DNA of 64,000 bases, from positions 225,727 through 289,726 of the forward strand of contig NW_008246096.1 of NCBI RefSeq assembly GCF_000281045.1, read 5' to 3'. This document shows positions 61,752-64,000 of this stretch, one piece after another. The position numbers and the translations under genes were made by a program. The number at the start of each line of letters is the position of its first letter. Position 1 is the first letter of the stretch. The notes under the pieces are model-generated. The model worked only from the letters and a program-made list of their open reading frames with translations, did no database searches and was not told the DNA's origin. The stretch is from Saprolegnia diclina VS20 (lineage: Eukaryota).

Positions 61752-63596
61752 TTACGCGTAAATAGTCTTGATCGCGTCCTCAATCACGGCAATGACAACC
61801 GGGACGTCGGCGTTGGGCGGGAAGCTGAGGCGGCAGAGCTCGACGCCACCGACGAGCTGCTTGGCCTTGTCCTCGGCCTTGATCGCACCCTGCGTCGACG
61901 TCGCGGGCACCGTGCAGTAGACGAGGCCGTTGTCCTGGCCAAACGACACGCACGGCTTGAAGTGGTTCTTGTGCGCCGTGAGCAAGTCCACAAAGCGCTG
62001 GGCGAGCGCAATGTTCTCTTCAGCGGTCGCCGTCGGGAGCGGCGGCAAGTTGAACGAGAACGTCGACGTCGTAAAGCCCGCGGCCGCTTGCGCCGGCGTC
62101 ACGAACGCCAAGTCCATCACGTAACCCTTGGCGTGCGTCTTGACGGCCTGCACGAGTGCGTTCCCGACGGCGTTCGTGACTTCGTACGCCTTGCGGTTGC
62201 GCGCCTCAACGCCGACGTGGTTGCTCGTGAGGCGGTAGAGCTGGTCATGCTTGGCCGTCGTATCGAGGAGCGCGCCGGTCCAGCGCACCTTTTCGAGCAG
62301 CGCAACCGACTTGGCCGACGCGCTGTTGGCGATAATCGTGCCGGCGGTCGTGAAGCCACGGCTGACGCTCTTGCTCATGCTGATAAAGACCATCGTCGTG
62401 AGGCCGGGGGCGACATCCGACATTTTGCGCATGACTTCGCACGCCGGCGCAAACGTCGTGTCGACAAGCAGCAGCACGTCCTTGCCCGTGCGCGTCTGGT
62501 ACGACGTCAGATGCGTTGCGAGCGTGGCCATGTCCGGGACCTTCATGTCTGGGTTGGTCGGGATCTCGACAAAGAGCACCGTCGTCTTGTTCTTTGGCGA
62601 GAGCGCATCGAGCGCCGCCTTGATCGACGACGAGATCTCGTTCTTGCCCGTGATGTCGAACGTCGACTTGGAGAAGAGCGTCGGCGCGCGCGACGTAAAG
62701 ATGTCGGTGAGCTGCGACGAGCCGCCGTACGCGGTGCTGGCCATGAGCACGTCGGCGCCGCCCGACTGGAGGAGCGCGAGCCAGAGCGTGCACACGGACG
62801 GGAGGCCGGCCGTGAAGACGACCGGCTGCGCGTCGGCCTTGGCGTCCGTGCCCGACATGGTCTGCAAATGCGCGTAGAACGCGTTGAGCTCTTCGGGCGA
62901 CGAGCGATCCTGGTCGGCCGTCACCTTGACGTTGGCAATCGCCTGGAGGTACGCCTCGCACACGGGCGTCGTGAGCGGCGTCGCGAGGCGCTTACGCACG
63001 ACGAGGACGTCGGCCGGCGCAATCTTGGCCGTGTTGTGGATGTACAAGACCGAGTTGGGCGTCACGATACCGTCGGCGTGGGCGACCGCGGTCGGCGTCG
63101 CCTGAAGCGAGAGCACAACGACCGACGCGTCAGCGACGGGGCGACCGGCGCGGACCGTCAAGTTGGTGTTGAGGAGCTTGAGGGCATCGATCTGCTCTTG
63201 CGTGAACGGCGTCGTCGCGCTCTCGTCGACGTAGAGGACGACTGGAAGCTTGGCGGCGAGGAGCACCGAGATGATCGGCATCGTCGTCGAACCAAACGTA
63301 AAGACTTGCGCCGTGGGCAAGCCAACCTGGGCGCCGAGGACAAACTCGAGCAGCGTCGAGATGTTGGACGAGACGCGGAGGTAGTCTTCGGCGTTGCCGG
63401 TCGCCGTGAGCTCAGCCTCGGTAATGGTCGCGTCCTTGGCCGCGTGCTTGGCGCTGATGAGCGCCTCAATGTTGGCGGCGAAGGCTTCGCGGCCGAGCAG
63501 CGCCGAGTTGGCAAAGGTCGTGCCCCGCCACTCGTACGGGAGGTTGGCGAGGATCACGGGCAAGTACTGCTGCACGATAGCGAAGGAGGCGACCAT
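61752..63596 (-). CDS. Cys/Met metabolism PLP-dependent enzyme (cystathionine beta-lyase/gamma-synthase family), 614 aa, intronless, with long N-terminal extension
   Basis: AYGGS, VEIPTNPDM, VDTTFAP, ISMSKSVSRG (PLP Lys), VSFG, CRLS. Confidence 0.88.
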   Translation of the reverse strand: MVASFAIVQQYLPVILANLPYEWRGTTFANSALLGREAFAANIEALISAKHAAKDATITEAELTATGNAEDYLRVSSNISTLLEFVLGAQVGLPTAQVFTFGSTTMPIISVLLAAKLPVVLYVDESATTPFTQEQIDALKLLNTNLTVRAGRPVADASVVVLSLQATPTAVAHADGIVTPNSVLYIHNTAKIAPADVLVVRKRLATPLTTPVCEAYLQAIANVKVTADQDRSSPEELNAFYAHLQTMSGTDAKADAQPVVFTAGLPSVCTLWLALLQSGGADVLMASTAYGGSSQLTDIFTSRAPTLFSKSTFDITGKNEISSSIKAALDALSPKNKTTVLFVEIPTNPDMKVPDMATLATHLTSYQTRTGKDVLLLVDTTFAPACEVMRKMSDVAPGLTTMVFISMSKSVSRGFTTAGTIIANSASAKSVALLEKVRWTGALLDTTAKHDQLYRLTSNHVGVEARNRKAYEVTNAVGNALVQAVKTHAKGYVMDLAFVTPAQAAAGFTTSTFSFNLPPLPTATAEENIALAQRFVDLLTAHKNHFKPCVSFGQDNGLVYCTVPATSTQGAIKAEDKAKQLVGGVELCRLSFPPNADVPVVIAVIEDAIKTIYA

Positions 63597-63599
63597 GGT

Positions 63600-63618
63600 G
63601 CAAATGCAAAATGAGACG
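63600..63618 (-). promoter_or_regulatory. Oomycete INR+FPR-like core promoter
   Basis: Minus strand TCTCATTTTGCATTTG, immediately upstream of the ATG at 63596, resembles the oomycete TCATTYYNCAWTT core element. Confidence 0.65.
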
Positions 63619-64000
63619 TCAGCGACCACGAGCCGAATAATGATTCGCGTGTTTGATTGGCTGATAATTCTGTCGAATCGGCGCCGCCACCATGAAGCGG
63701 TGTGCAAGGTGGGCGATTCGCGCGTGATGATTGGCGCACAAGTAGCGAATCACGTGCCGCCAAAAGGATTTTCCCAGCCAGCGGGACAAACCCTGCAGCA
63801 ATTGCCTTGAAAAAGACGCTGGCCACCTGTTCTTGAAAACAAGCTGGTAAGCGCGCACGCGGCACTGTACTGAATCAAGGGAATCTGTGCTGCACCCCGA
63901 CCCCTATGCGGGGAAATATCCATGGGATGTCCCAGTGCAAGACTCGAGGAGTTCGGTGGAACGTCAGTGGCGAATGGCGTCAGCAATGGCGACCAACGCC

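Noticed and set aside
14877..63596. Amino-acid metabolism gene cluster (GCAT, ALDH7A1, argH, Cys/Met lyase)
   Set aside because: The genes act in different pathways and are dispersed over ~49 kb among unrelated genes.
61740..63614. 624-aa plus-strand ORF (likewise 36841-38535 minus, 5335-6444 plus, 18735-19862 plus)
   Set aside because: These are antisense shadows of real GC3-rich genes, with Arg/Val/His-rich composition and no motifs.

Overview
This is gene-dense, GC-rich eukaryotic DNA with many short (~40-55 nt) GT-AG introns and one scaffold gap (N run, 4065-4238). The gene families, intron sizes, INR/FPR-like and CCAAT promoter elements, and a bZIP-like/START-like paralogue pair point to an oomycete, probably Saprolegniales (inference). 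About 27 protein-coding genes are visible. Recognisable ones are a RING protein, a PAP2 phosphatase, an FN3-WW-HECT E3 ligase, GCAT, ALDH7A1, MAD1, HDHD5, GUF1/LepA head-to-head with a bacterial-type EttA, a bHLH-PAS factor, an Ig-like-repeat/CPA antiporter fusion, a dynein light chain, PIG-Q, PDSS1/COQ1, a presequence-bearing UvrD-like/RecB-family Fe-S nuclease, an LRR/EF-hand protein, MCTS1, FSH1, argininosuccinate lyase, a kinesin and an internally duplicated Cys/Met PLP enzyme. There is also a ~3.2 kb Ty3/Gypsy LTR element whose single open ORF has lost RT/RNase H by an in-frame deletion. The most unusual items are the helicase-nuclease, the antiporter with an Ig-like ectodomain, the GUF1-EttA pair, the pseudo-dimeric PLP enzyme and the RT-less LTR element. 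Exon boundaries were inferred by eye and are approximate. No database searches were run.
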